DNA from: an uncultured Verrucomicrobiae bacterium | GTDB lineage: Bacteria; Verrucomicrobiota; Verrucomicrobiia; Limisphaerales; Palsa-1400 | Direction of reading: 5' to 3' | Length of the DNA stretch: 64,000 nucleotides | Assembly: GCA_963764165.1 (NCBI GenBank) | Contig: CAVXRD010000003.1 | Span: 192,001 to 256,000, forward strand | Shown here: positions 18,949 through 28,956 of the stretch, piece after piece | How the letters are laid out: each line of letters begins with the position of its first letter | Position numbering within the stretch: the stretch's first letter is position 1 | Notes under the pieces: model-generated | Database searches by the model: none | The model's input: only the letters and a program-made list of their open reading frames with translations | Told to the model about the DNA's origin: nothing | Made by a program: the position numbers and the translations under genes

Positions 18949-21615
18949 CTACACCACAATATTCACCAGCTTTTTCTGCACCACGATAATCTTCTTTGCC
19001 GGCTTGCCATCCATAAACGCCTTCACCTTTTCAGACGCCTGCGCCGCAGCTTCTATTTCGGCCTGCGGCGCCGTGGACGCCACGACTATTTTATCGCGCA
19101 ATTTGCCGTTCACCTGCACGGGGATTTCGATCGTGTCCTCGACCAGCAACGCCGGATCAAACTTCGGCCACGGCTCGTAGGCGAGGGTTCCTGTCCCGCC
19201 AAGTTTCGCGGCGAGTTCTTCCGCCAGATGCGGCGCGAACGGTTGCAGCAGCAACAGAAAATCGCGCATGACCGACGCCGGTTTCGTCTCCCAGGTAATC
19301 GCGTCGTTGACAAAAATCATCAGCGCCGAAATGGCGGTGTTGAAACGGAAGGCGTCCAAATCCTCGGTCACCTTCTTGATGCACGCGTGCAGTGTCTTCA
19401 AGTGCGCCGGCGTCGGCGGCACATCTTTGACGGCAGCGCTCAATTTGATCGCGGCCAGGCTTTCCGGCGATTCCGAAGTGCTCGCGGTTTGTTCCTGCTC
19501 GAACGCCGTCTCGCTTTGCTCATCGACGAACAAACGCCAGACGCGGCCCAAAAAGCGGTAGACGCCCTCGACGCCTTTGTTGTTCCACGGCTTCACCATT
19601 TCGAGCGGTCCCATGAACATCTCGTAAAGGCGCAACGCATCCGCGCCATATTCACGCATGATGTCATCAGGATTGACCACGTTCCCGCGCGACTTCGACA
19701 TTTTCTGGTTGTCCTCGCCGAGGATCAAACCCTGGTTCACCAGCTTGAAAAATGGCTCCGGCGTCGAGACGTAACCCAGATCGTAAAGAACATTGTGCCA
19801 GAAACGCGCGTAAAGCAGATGCAGCACCGCGTGCTCAATTCCGCCCACATATAAATCCACTCCCGGACGCTCGCCGTGACCCGCCGGCTGCGTGCCCATC
19901 CAATACTTCTCGGCCTCGGCGGAGCAAAATTGGTTCGAGTTCCGCGCATCGGTGAATCGCAAATAATACCAACAGCTCCCGGCCCATTGCGGCATTGTGT
20001 TCGTCTCGCGATGCGAGCCGTCCGGCAAGTTCACCCATTCGTGCGCGCGCGCGAGCGGCGGTTCGCCAGATGAGGTCGGCTTAAAATCCGTCAGCGAAGG
20101 CGGCTGCAATGGCAAAACGGAATCCGGCAACGGTTCGTGCCGCGGCTTTCCGTCGGGGCCGGTTTTCCAGAGAATCGGAAACGGCTCGCCCCAATAACGC
20201 TGGCGGCTGAAAAGCCAGTCGCGCAATTTATAATTGACCGTCTTGCGTCCCCTGCCCTTTTCCGCCAGCCAGGCCGTGATTTTTTTCTTGGCCTCCGGCG
20301 TCGCAAGCCCGTTCAGGAAATCCGATTCAACAGCAATGCCATCCCCGAGGAACCCTTTCGATTCCTGCCCGGCAGGCGCTTGAACAACGACGCGAATCGG
20401 CAAATTGAATTTCTCCGCAAATTCCAAATCGCGCGTGTCGTGGCCCGGCACCGCCATGATCGCGCCGGTGCCATAAGTTGCCAGCACATAGTCAGCAATC
20501 CAGACCGGAATCTTCTCATTATTGACAGGATTGATGGCAAACGCGCCGGTAAAAACACCGGTTTTGTCGCGCGACAATTCCGTCCGCTCCAAATCGCTTT
20601 TGCGCGCGACCGCAGCCTTGTAGGCGGCGACGGCTTCGCGCTGCTCCGGAGTGGTGATCGACTCGACCAAGGCATGTTCGGGCGCGAGCACCATGTAAGT
20701 CGCGCCAAACAGGGTGTCCGGGCGCGTCGTGAAAACCGTCAAGTCCGGCTGGCCGGCGCCCAGCGAAAAATGGACTTCCGCGCCTTCGCTGCGGCCAATC
20801 CAATTGCGCTGCATTTCCTTGAGCGATTCGCTCCACTCGATCTTCTCCAGCCCATCCAAAAGCCGGTCGGCGTAACGCGTGATGCGCAGCATCCATTGCC
20901 GCATCGGCTTGCGCGTGACCGGGAAGCCGCCCACTTCGCTCTTGCCATCGACCACTTCCTCGTTGGCGAGGACAGTGCCAAGCCCTTCGCACCACCAGAC
21001 GGGCGCTTCGGAAACAAAGGCCAGCCGCTGGCTGTCAACAAAATCGCGGTTTTGGTTTGGCAGCGTCGAAATCGGCTCGGCCTTGTTGGTGGCCGGGTTG
21101 AACCACGAATTGTAAAGCTTGAGGAAAATCCACTGCGTCCATTTGAAATAATCGGGATCGGTCGTGTCGATTTCCCTGCTCCAATCGTAACTGAAACCGA
21201 GCGCCTTGATCTGCCGCTTGAACGTCGCGATGTTCGCCTCCGTCGTGAGGCGCGGATGCTGGCCGGTCTTGATCGCGTATTGCTCGGCCGGAAGCCCGAA
21301 GGCGTCCCAGCCCATCGGATGCAGGACGTTTCGCCCGCGCGCGCGCTGGTAGCGGGCCAGAATATCCGTGGCCGTGTAGCCCTCCGGATGCCCCACATGC
21401 AACCCCGCCCCGGAAGGATACGGGAACATGTCAAGTATATAGAACTTCGGCGGAAGCTGCTCCGCCTGCACCGGCCCGCCCAGCCCGTGCCGCCGTGCAA
21501 ACGGATGTTCGCCGGGGATGCTGTCGCCGGGATTCCAGGCGCGAAAAGCCGAAGCCGAGTCCCAGGCGTTCTGCCACTTGGGCTCGATGAGATGGAAGGG
21601 ATATTGTCGCCGCAT
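18949..21615 (-). CDS. leuS: Leucine--tRNA ligase
   Basis: [24 protein letters not shown] editing domain, [17 protein letters not shown]. Confidence 0.98.
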   Translation of the reverse strand: MRRQYPFHLIEPKWQNAWDSASAFRAWNPGDSIPGEHPFARRHGLGGPVQAEQLPPKFYILDMFPYPSGAGLHVGHPEGYTATDILARYQRARGRNVLHPMGWDAFGLPAEQYAIKTGQHPRLTTEANIATFKRQIKALGFSYDWSREIDTTDPDYFKWTQWIFLKLYNSWFNPATNKAEPISTLPNQNRDFVDSQRLAFVSEAPVWWCEGLGTVLANEEVVDGKSEVGGFPVTRKPMRQWMLRITRYADRLLDGLEKIEWSESLKEMQRNWIGRSEGAEVHFSLGAGQPDLTVFTTRPDTLFGATYMVLAPEHALVESITTPEQREAVAAYKAAVARKSDLERTELSRDKTGVFTGAFAINPVNNEKIPVWIADYVLATYGTGAIMAVPGHDTRDLEFAEKFNLPIRVVVQAPAGQESKGFLGDGIAVESDFLNGLATPEAKKKITAWLAEKGRGRKTVNYKLRDWLFSRQRYWGEPFPILWKTGPDGKPRHEPLPDSVLPLQPPSLTDFKPTSSGEPPLARAHEWVNLPDGSHRETNTMPQWAGSCWYYLRFTDARNSNQFCSAEAEKYWMGTQPAGHGERPGVDLYVGGIEHAVLHLLYARFWHNVLYDLGYVSTPEPFFKLVNQGLILGEDNQKMSKSRGNVVNPDDIMREYGADALRLYEMFMGPLEMVKPWNNKGVEGVYRFLGRVWRLFVDEQSETAFEQEQTASTSESPESLAAIKLSAAVKDVPPTPAHLKTLHACIKKVTEDLDAFRFNTAISALMIFVNDAITWETKPASVMRDFLLLLQPFAPHLAEELAAKLGGTGTLAYEPWPKFDPALLVEDTIEIPVQVNGKLRDKIVVASTAPQAEIEAAAQASEKVKAFMDGKPAKKIIVVQKKLVNIVV

Positions 21616-21682
21616 TAAATTAAAAACTTTCGCGGAAATTAGATTAAATTAAATCGAATCGAATTAAGCCAAAAATGACAAA

Positions 21683-22255
21683 TTATTTCGCGCCCTGCGG
21701 AATCACGCCCTTGTCGATCAGCTTATGCAATTTCGGGCCGATGACGAATTGGCAGTAGCCCTCATTGGAATGCAGGTTGTAATAATTCTGGTGATAATCC
21801 TCCGCCGAATAAAACACCGTCAGCGGCACAATCTCCGTCACGATGGGCGAGGAAAAATGCGCCGCCGCCGCCGCCTTGGATTTCTCGGCCGCCGCCTTCT
21901 CCGCCTCGTTGCTATAAAGAATGATCGAGCGATACTGCGTCCCAACATCGTTGCCCTGCCGATTCAGCGTCGTCGGATCATGCGCCTCCCAAAAAATCTC
22001 CAGCAGCTTCTCGTAAGAAACAACCGCCGGGTCGAACTTGATTTGAATCACCTCCGCATGCCCCGTCGTCCCCGAGCAAACCGCCTTGTAGCTGGGATTC
22101 GAAACGGAGCCGCCCGCGTAACCGGAAACCACGGATTTCACCCCCGGAATCCGCTGAAACACCGTCTCAGCGCACCAGAAACACCCGCCCCCGAAAGTAG
22201 CCGTCTGCAATTTCGCGTTCGCGGCGGAATTTGTCGATTCAGTCTGAGCATTCAT
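21683..22255 (-). CDS. msrA: Peptide methionine sulfoxide reductase MsrA
   Basis: GGGCFWC, GHAEV, HDPTTLNRQGNDVGTQYRS, AEDYHQNY. Confidence 0.96.
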   Translation of the reverse strand: MNAQTESTNSAANAKLQTATFGGGCFWCAETVFQRIPGVKSVVSGYAGGSVSNPSYKAVCSGTTGHAEVIQIKFDPAVVSYEKLLEIFWEAHDPTTLNRQGNDVGTQYRSIILYSNEAEKAAAEKSKAAAAAHFSSPIVTEIVPLTVFYSAEDYHQNYYNLHSNEGYCQFVIGPKLHKLIDKGVIPQGAK

Positions 22256-22361
22256 AAAGTCACCGAAACATGGGGCTGGGAACGGGCAAATTCAATCAGA
22301 ATATGGACAGATTCAAGCAGGAAGGTACGATTGAAATCGGGTGATGGACGCGGGCCGACAG

Positions 22362-22396
22362 GCGGAGCGCGGTTGTGTCGAAGACCAGCCGCAGCA
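22362..22396. repeat. 35-bp REP-like arm whose inverted partner is split by IS66 (22515-22532 + 25044-25060)
   Basis: GCGGAGCGCGGTTGTGTCGAAGACCAGCCGCAGCA vs reconstructed partner, 2 mismatches. Confidence 0.85.
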
Positions 22397-22606
22397 ACAC
22401 TCAAACTACCGAAACCGAATCTTGTTGTTGGCCATTTCCGATAAGCATGTCAAAACTTCGGAATTGCACGTGCGATCCCTGGAATTCTTTCCAACGCGCC
22501 GCATGTTTCCATGCTGCTGCGGCTGGTCTTCGGTAAGCGTCACGCGACGCACCGTGTGACTGAACTAGAGTTTTGTAGAGACGCCAGAGGCAGCTATCTC
22601 TGACAT

Positions 22607-24148
22607 CTACGCTGCTTTTGCAGAGGGGCGGCGAGATTTGGCCCAAGCTCCTGGGGTGACTTCTGGTATTTGGTGGTTGGTCATTCGAGGCAGGCGGGCG
22701 AGAACATCGCAGAGGTATGCGTATGGATCGATGTTTCGGCGGCGGCAGCTTTCGATGATGCTGTAAACAATCGCTCCGCGCTGGCCAGCGCCGGCTTCTC
22801 CGACAAAGAGCCAGTTTTTCTTTCCAACCGCCGTGGGACGAATGGAATTCTCGACTAAATTGTTGTCTATTTCAACGCTTCCTTTTTCAAGGTAGACGCT
22901 CAGGGTTGGCCATTGGCCCAAGGCATAATCCATGGCCTGGCCCAGCAGACTTTGCGGCAGATAGCGATGGCTGGCCTTGAGCCGGACCAGGGCGCGTTGA
23001 AGTCGCTGAACGACCGGCTTGCTTTGGCTGGCCCGGTGGGCGGCGCGCAAGTTCGGACCCGCTCGATGCTCTCTCAGCTTGGCTTCGACTCGATAAAGTT
23101 GCTGGATTTGACCCAGGAACCAAGCCGCCGTGCGAGGCGATTGCTCCAGGGCCTCGTAAAACTTGCGCCGAACATGGGCCCAGCAACCTGTCAACTGGAC
23201 GGTTCCATTGCGGCTGTCGGCAAAGGAGCGATAGGCCGAGTAGCCATCACACTGGATGACTCCCCGAAAATTAACCGGGATCAAATTGTTCAGGCACTGC
23301 GTTCCGCGACTGGTTTCCCACCGAAAGACGACATCACCTCCCGGACGGCTGCAGGTCCAAAAATAACCTTGCCGGGTTTTCCCATGGCCTGGTTCCAGGA
23401 ACTGGATTGGCGTTTCGTCCACTTGCACGTAGCCGCCAGCCATCACTCCGGTGAGGATTTGTTCATAAATGGGTCGCAGCCAATCCGCCGCCAGTTCCAC
23501 CCAGCGGGCCAGCGTCTGCCGGGGCAGTGCAACGCCGTGGCGCTGCCGATACATCTGTTCCTGCCGGTAAAGCGGCATGTGGTCGCAATACTTGCTGACC
23601 AGCACATGGGCCAGCAATCCCGGCGCGGCCATGCCGCGCTCCAGCAAACACTCAGGCAGCGGCGCCACAATAGGCGGGCGATCCTGGTCCTGCCGGTGAA
23701 CATACTTGCGGCGAATGGTGCGGCGGCGCAGAAAACGGCCCGGCTCGTAATCCAGTTGTTCGCTCACCTCCTGGCCAATGTAACGCCAGAGTTGCGGTTG
23801 AGCTTTGACCACGTCTGGATCAATGACTTCTTCCACCACCGGCAGGTTTTCCGGCAAGCGGGGTTTGCTTTCAGTGGCGGCGGGCTTGGATGGTTTAACC
23901 GTCGGAGCGATGGTTGGCGGAACATCAACGACCGATTTGATTGGCTCCGGTCCTTGCAACAAGAACTGCAACTGGGCCGGATTTATCTGCTCGCTGCTGG
24001 AGCCAAACACCCGGCGGACCAAGGCATCCACCTTTTGCCGAAGGACGGTGTTTTCCCGCCGGAGGGCTTCCTCCCTCCGCAGCGATTCAGTCAAGGCCTG
24101 CTGGCATTTTTCCAGCAGTTGGGCCAGTTGAAGTTCCTGCTCCGTCAC
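22607..24148 (-). CDS. tnpC: IS66 DDE transposase TnpC
   Basis: FGSSSE, KYCDHMPLYRQ, VDETP, CDGYSAY, CWAHVRRKF, IDNNLVENSIRP. Confidence 0.96.
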   Translation of the reverse strand: MTEQELQLAQLLEKCQQALTESLRREEALRRENTVLRQKVDALVRRVFGSSSEQINPAQLQFLLQGPEPIKSVVDVPPTIAPTVKPSKPAATESKPRLPENLPVVEEVIDPDVVKAQPQLWRYIGQEVSEQLDYEPGRFLRRRTIRRKYVHRQDQDRPPIVAPLPECLLERGMAAPGLLAHVLVSKYCDHMPLYRQEQMYRQRHGVALPRQTLARWVELAADWLRPIYEQILTGVMAGGYVQVDETPIQFLEPGHGKTRQGYFWTCSRPGGDVVFRWETSRGTQCLNNLIPVNFRGVIQCDGYSAYRSFADSRNGTVQLTGCWAHVRRKFYEALEQSPRTAAWFLGQIQQLYRVEAKLREHRAGPNLRAAHRASQSKPVVQRLQRALVRLKASHRYLPQSLLGQAMDYALGQWPTLSVYLEKGSVEIDNNLVENSIRPTAVGKKNWLFVGEAGAGQRGAIVYSIIESCRRRNIDPYAYLCDVLARLPRMTNHQIPEVTPGAWAKSRRPSAKAA

Positions 24149-24215
24149 GACAGAGCAAGGGTTTAACGGAAAACGCCCCTACAGTCAAGTATAATTAAGA
24201 AAATCCCTCACTTTT

Positions 24216-24572
24216 TTATGGCTGCCGCTCATACCACGGCCGCAAGGTGCCGCCCCGCAAATCAACGCCATCAGTCAGCATCGCCAAAGCCTGCGGCGTC
24301 AGCGACATTTTCTTTTGCCCGGCATCCACCGTCTGCGGCCAGAAGAAAGTGCCATTTTCGAGGCGCTTCGTCAGAAGCCAAAGTCCGGTGCCATCCCAGC
24401 AGAGCATTTTGAGCCGGGTTCGGCGGCGGTTGGTAAACACAAAGATCGCGCCTTGGCGGGGATCCTCGCCCAGCCGCTCGGTGACCAGACCATGGAGGCC
24501 ATTAAAACTCTTGCGCAGATCGCACGGCTCCATCGCCAGCAACACTTTGATGCTTCCGGAAAAACTCAGCAT
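24216..24572 (-). CDS. tnpB: IS66 accessory protein TnpB
   Basis: PCDLRKSFNGL, FVFTNRRR, WDGTGLWLLTKRLE. Confidence 0.95.
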   Translation of the reverse strand: MLSFSGSIKVLLAMEPCDLRKSFNGLHGLVTERLGEDPRQGAIFVFTNRRRTRLKMLCWDGTGLWLLTKRLENGTFFWPQTVDAGQKKMSLTPQALAMLTDGVDLRGGTLRPWYERQP

Positions 24573-24976
24573 CGCGATGGTGTGTTAAGAGCCAGCAACA
24601 GCGCCGCCGCCAGCTCGGCTTGCCGGGCATCGGCAATCTCGGCGCGAGCGTCTTTGCCGAAATAGACTTTCAGCACGGATGTCTCCTTGGAAGTCGCGAC
24701 CCTGGCCTGATCGACCATCGCCTCCAACCACTGCACCTGGGCCTTTTCCTCGGGACCCTTGGCCAGCGGGGCTTCCGTGGAACGACTCCGCTTGCGCCTG
24801 GCCACCCAGGCGGCGAAGGTCGAATACTTAACCCCTGACAGCCCAGCAAATTTAGGACAACTCAACCCGCTGCGCTCAAACTCATCCAGCAACTGCTCTT
24901 TGCGCAGTCGGGGCGTCTGAAGGCGCGCCAATGAATCGGTTTTAAGAATCTGACCAGAGCTCTGTGTAGATGTCAT
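24566..24976 (-). CDS. tnpA: IS66 accessory protein TnpA (HTH)
   Basis: FERSGLSCPKFA...GVKYSTFAAW; first ORF inside the IS. Confidence 0.85.
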   Translation of the reverse strand: MTSTQSSGQILKTDSLARLQTPRLRKEQLLDEFERSGLSCPKFAGLSGVKYSTFAAWVARRKRSRSTEAPLAKGPEEKAQVQWLEAMVDQARVATSKETSVLKVYFGKDARAEIADARQAELAAALLLALNTPSRC

Positions 24977-25265
24977 AGCAAAAGGCTATGACGAAAATGC
25001 TGTCTTGTTACAGAGGCGCTCGGCGTGACGCTTACGGTCTTCGACACAGCCGCTCTCCGCAAAACTTGCTTCGCGCATCCCCCACTTCTAATCACACCCC
25101 AAGCAGTACGGACGGCGTCAAAATCGCGTGTGGAAATAATCCTCGTCCTCGCGTTAATATTCCCTTCCCCGGATCCAAGAGGGGAATTTAACGCCAAGAC
25201 GCAAAGGCCCAAGTGCGCAATGGTTTTGCCGATTGTTTTGGATTGAACCGGAAGAACTGCTGGCC

Positions 25266-25559
25266 TCAAGAAATACGACTTTTCCAGTAGCCTGGCTCGC
25301 GACTGCAGTGGGCGACTGCGACAATAAGGACATAGCCATCCTCAAGCGTGTAAAAAATGGCGTAGGGAAACACCCTCGTGAGACAACGCCGAATGTCCTC
25401 GTCAACTTGGGGCCAGCGCAGAGGGTCTTGAAGAATAATCTCTATGGCGCGCTCTATTGAGGCAATAAATCGCAAATGCAGGGCGGACTCTTTGCTCGCG
25501 TAATAGGCCGCAGCGTCCCCATATTCCCGCACTGCCTCCGGGTGAAACTCAAATCTCAT
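25266..25559 (-). CDS. RelE/ParE family toxin
   Basis: FHPEAVREY...IRRCLTRVFPYAIFY...IVAVAHCSREPGYW. Confidence 0.9.
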   Translation of the reverse strand: MRFEFHPEAVREYGDAAAYYASKESALHLRFIASIERAIEIILQDPLRWPQVDEDIRRCLTRVFPYAIFYTLEDGYVLIVAVAHCSREPGYWKSRIS

Positions 25560-25783
25560 CCGCCAACCGTGCGCCGCACATGTGCTAACGCCTCCGGTCC
25601 CGGGATCGTTTGAACTTTCCCCTGGCGAACTTCATCCCGCCGACGCCTGGCCTCCGCGATCCACACCTCATCAATGTGGTTCATCTCTGCGCTATTCAAG
25701 CTCTCCACCAAACAATCAGCCAGACGTGCCCGCGCCTCGCTCGGCAAGCCCAGCGCCTCTCTCTCGATTTGTTCCACAGTCAT
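25556..25783 (-). CDS. Addiction-module antitoxin (TIGR02574-like)
   Basis: ALGLPSEARARLA...LVESL...WIAEARRR...GKVQTIP; ATGA overlap with toxin; operator TGCAAAA-6-TTTTGCA at 25788-25807. Confidence 0.88.
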   Translation of the reverse strand: MTVEQIEREALGLPSEARARLADCLVESLNSAEMNHIDEVWIAEARRRRDEVRQGKVQTIPGPEALAHVRRTVGG

Positions 25784-26032
25784 CTCTTGCAAAATACCGC
25801 TTTTGCAGCCCGACTCAAGCGTTCTATCGCTGGCAGATGAGCCGGTCGCTCGTCCTCGCCGCATCCTTGCGCCTCTGCGCCCTTGCGTTAAAATTTCTTC
25901 CCCGTAAGCAAAAGGGGAATTTAAAGCCAAGACGCAAAGACCCAAGGGCGCAAAGATTTTACCGATTATTTTACACGTCTCTTGCCCGCATCGGAGGGAT
26001 AATGTGTAATTATGTTGCTCTGACGCCTTTTT

Positions 26033-26196
26033 CGCTGAAACACCGTCTCGGCGCACCAGAAACACCCGCCACCGAAAGTAGCCGTCTGCAATTTCGCGTT
26101 CACGGCGGAATTCGTCGATTCAGTCTGAGCATTCATAAAGTCACCGAAACATGGGGCTGGTCATGGCCAAATTCAATCAGAATGTGGAGAGATTCA
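26033..26196 (-). pseudogene. msrA: Duplicated 5' fragment (about 34 codons) and upstream region of msrA
   Basis: 164-bp direct repeat of 22152-22315 with about 10 mismatches; encodes MNAQTESTNSAVNAKLQTATFGGGCFWCAETVFQR then diverges. Confidence 0.9.
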
Positions 26197-26328
26197 GAAG
26201 GACGGCCCATGTCAGATTCGGATTTGGAGTAACGCAAAAACTAGCACACCCTGCGAAATATTCGATTAGGTGTCTGGGCGCAAATGCTTGACGGCACGTA
26301 AGCGCGAAATAATTATGTTGGGTAGGAT

Positions 26329-26898
26329 ATGGATCAGGCACTGATTAGTTGCGTCGCAACAGCGTTACGCCGCCTTAAACACCCCTTTTATTTTGAGCAG
26401 GACACAATATACGGACCCGACACTTTCGTGGATAAATGGCTTGGCCACGGGGGCAAGGAAGCGAAGCTTAGGCGTGAGATGCAAAACGCCCTTAATTATT
26501 GTGACAGGCTCGGCTTCCGATTCGTGCAAAGAGGTTCGGTCTCGTTAGCTCTCATTGTTTTTTCGGAACACTTGTCGCCTGAGGAAGCGATTGGTCGGAG
26601 CGTCGTAGTCCAAGAAAGCACTCACCCATTCGCGCAGTTCGACATGCGAAGCGGATGGGCGTTTCCCTTTCACGTTAACATCTTTTATGTTTTCAGCAGC
26701 TCTGAAAAGGCGTTCAGTTTCCGCAATACGGCGCAGGACAAATGCAAACATACCAAGATTGGGCTATTGAGAACCGTTCTCATCAAACCTTGGTGCATTG
26801 ATTATCACGGGATGCATGTCACCCCGCCAAAGGGAATATTAAGCGGATTGGATAAGGAACCATCGGAAATCGAATCGAAGTTATTTGAGGGCCTCTAA
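26329..26898 (+). CDS. Hypothetical protein (AT-richer islet)
   Basis: 189-aa ATG ORF with TAGGA upstream; no recognised motif. Confidence 0.65.
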   Translation: MDQALISCVATALRRLKHPFYFEQDTIYGPDTFVDKWLGHGGKEAKLRREMQNALNYCDRLGFRFVQRGSVSLALIVFSEHLSPEEAIGRSVVVQESTHPFAQFDMRSGWAFPFHVNIFYVFSSSEKAFSFRNTAQDKCKHTKIGLLRTVLIKPWCIDYHGMHVTPPKGILSGLDKEPSEIESKLFEGL

Positions 26899-26913
26899 TC
26901 CGCTTTTATCCGA

Positions 26914-27450
26914 TTAATACTTTTCTAGTTCGTATGAATGAAGCCTGATTTTAAGAAGAAATTGGCACAGCGCAAAAAGACATATTGTCAAATGTCCATA
27001 AATGTCTTTTTGCCAGCCTTTCGGGAGTTTTTGACCTTTCTTCGTGTAATAACATTGGATCAAACTCTGGACGAGTCCTTCTATCTCCTTAGGCGTTTTC
27101 AGCCCGTGCGCTAATTTATTGCGAACGTCATTCAATGTGTCAAGGACACACAGAAGATCGGCACTTGGCCCCGGTTCTCGTTCGCACACTACTTTTTCAA
27201 CCAATTTAAGTTTCTGAAAAAATTGCAGCCTTCCCGGTTTACCTGGTAACTCTGAAACCCTCAGTAATCGCGCCAGAATTATTTCCAACAGTTGTTCCGC
27301 GACGAGGTGCCCCTTTAGTACAAGCAGCGTAAGATCCGTCCCACAGGGCAGCAGGTGGTCTGTCAGTTCGGCGAACCTAATTGCGTCCTTCGCCAACTCG
27401 CCGACAGCAACATTGTCCTTCGCTTTACGTCGCTCGTTGTCATTTTTCAT
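26914..27450 (-). CDS. Hypothetical helical protein with HEPN-like Rx4H motif
   Basis: LVLKGHLVAE...FFQKLKL...LNDVRNKLAH. Confidence 0.6.
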   Translation of the reverse strand: MKNDNERRKAKDNVAVGELAKDAIRFAELTDHLLPCGTDLTLLVLKGHLVAEQLLEIILARLLRVSELPGKPGRLQFFQKLKLVEKVVCEREPGPSADLLCVLDTLNDVRNKLAHGLKTPKEIEGLVQSLIQCYYTKKGQKLPKGWQKDIYGHLTICLFALCQFLLKIRLHSYELEKY

Positions 27451-27561
27451 ACGCCATCAATTTGGTGGGAAGCCCCACGAGCGTCAGTCCCACATAACCA
27501 CATGATTGCATCGGCATCTCCGATCGCGACGACGGAAAACCGCTCTCCAAGTTGCTTTGCC

Positions 27562-28956
27562 TCAATTTCTCCCACTTTGATTACCTCGCACCTCCGGCAC
27601 AACGAGCCTCTCGCCACATCCGGGACACCGAAATTCCCGACCCGCCGCGTCCGCATTTACTTCAATCGGTTGATGGCATGCATCACATTCAAAGTGTGCC
27701 TCTGTGCCTACGAGTTTCGCATCGTTACTCGCCAACGCGCTAGGATCAACACTCCGGCCCCCATCGTCCACCGCAGTAACGAGCGAAATCCGGTGATCGA
27801 ATGACGCGACGAAGGCATTCCAAGACTTCGCAAACCGCTCAAGGCGCTCGGTGGAAGAAAAATGAAATTCCTCATCAAGACCGGTTTCACTCTTAAATTC
27901 CGCTTGTCCGTAGCGCACGATCGGAATCTCGAAATTATTTGCAAATCGCCTGTCCGGGCTTCCGTCCTTATTCGCTTTTACCCAGGTATGACCCACTGTT
28001 GGTGCGTCGTTTGGAACAGTTTCGGATTCCTGAAACTTAACTGCAACGGCGATTAGTTTCACGTCATGGCAATCGATGACAGAGAACGCAGTCCTAGACG
28101 CGCGGTACAAAATAAAACCCGGATATAAATAAATGTCCCCACCCTTTGCGTTTTGCAGGTGCGGCACATTCTGGTCCCAGCTAACCAGTTCACAGCGTCC
28201 TAATGAGAATTTAACTTTCTCGCGGCTTATTGCTGTGTCAGCCGTCGTTCGCTGGCGGATTTTGTCCGTAGACTGTTCCGTCTTTATGTCCCAAATTGCG
28301 GCGCATTCTGACAACGCAGTAAAGTCATCTCGCATTCTGAAAAACGGTTCAGCTTGATCTCGGGAAAGTTCAATCTGCGTAGAAATCGTTGTTAAAGAAA
28401 GTTGTTCTTCGAGTTCAGCAGCCCTTGCTCGTGCTATCTGAGCCTCGGCTCCTCGATCGACGTACGCGTCCTTAAAGAGCTTCTTCAATAGCCATCCTTC
28501 ATCCCATGACTGGAAACGGGCATTTGCGCGAGAATACTCCATTTTCGCTTTGGAAAGCTCGCTTCGAATTTGCTCGGATTCCTCGTATGCCATCCTCATT
28601 AAATCCTTCAGACCCTGGAGGCTTTCACTGGTTAATAGTTCTGTGCTCGCGCTTCGAATCTCCCTAACAGGACGACTGGTCTTGGAATCGTAAGCTGTGT
28701 CAACATCAGGTGGGGTCGCCTGTGCGCCGTCCGTCCCGCGCGAGTAGCGAACTCGATTAGTCGAATGCGTTTCACCGGAAATGTGCTCGCGAAACGATAT
28801 GCCTGTTCCCGGTATTGATGCTGTCCCAGTCACCCCCCTTGGTCCAACATTCAGCGTGAACGGCGCGCCCCCGATACTTGCACTTAAACCGGATCTCGAA
28901 AGGTTCAGCTTTAGACCGGGTATGACTTTAAACGACTGTCGAAACTGCCAACTCAT
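27562..28956 (-). CDS. DUF4236 domain protein with C-terminal zinc ribbon
   Basis: WQFRQSFKVIPGLKLNLSRSGLSASIG...SIPGTGISF; NKDGSPDRRF; CDAC...CPGCG. Confidence 0.8.
   Translation of the reverse strand: MSWQFRQSFKVIPGLKLNLSRSGLSASIGGAPFTLNVGPRGVTGTASIPGTGISFREHISGETHSTNRVRYSRGTDGAQATPPDVDTAYDSKTSRPVREIRSASTELLTSESLQGLKDLMRMAYEESEQIRSELSKAKMEYSRANARFQSWDEGWLLKKLFKDAYVDRGAEAQIARARAAELEEQLSLTTISTQIELSRDQAEPFFRMRDDFTALSECAAIWDIKTEQSTDKIRQRTTADTAISREKVKFSLGRCELVSWDQNVPHLQNAKGGDIYLYPGFILYRASRTAFSVIDCHDVKLIAVAVKFQESETVPNDAPTVGHTWVKANKDGSPDRRFANNFEIPIVRYGQAEFKSETGLDEEFHFSSTERLERFAKSWNAFVASFDHRISLVTAVDDGGRSVDPSALASNDAKLVGTEAHFECDACHQPIEVNADAAGREFRCPGCGERLVVPEVRGNQSGRN

Larger units (their letters stand above)
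22533..25035 (-). mobile_element. Complete IS66-family element (2503 bp) with 8-bp target duplication GGTCTTCG
   Basis: Terminal inverted repeats start GTAAGCGTCACGC; TSD at 22525-22532 and 25036-25043; tnpA-tnpB-tnpC. Confidence 0.96.
25151..25972. repeat. Degenerate ~90-bp direct repeats (25151-25239 and 25885-25972) flanking the ParE-type TA pair
   Basis: GCGTTAA...CTTCCCCG...AGGGGAATTTAA.GCCAAGACGCAAAG.CCCAAG.GCGCAA...TTTT.CCGATT.TTTT in both. Confidence 0.8.

Noticed and set aside
20137..21618. 493-aa ORF on + strand
   Set aside because: Antisense shadow of leuS caused by GC codon bias.
22913..24166. 417-aa ORF on + strand
   Set aside because: Antisense shadow of IS66 tnpC.
25994..26020. 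ATAATGTGTAATTATGTT, dif-like string beside the msrA fragment breakpoint
   Set aside because: Spacer is 7 bp and the outer arms do not match; may be chance in AT-rich DNA.
25784..26065. N-terminal extension of the antitoxin ORF in the track
   Set aside because: Runs through the promoter, the 90-bp repeat and the msrA fragment; family similarity starts at ATG 25783.
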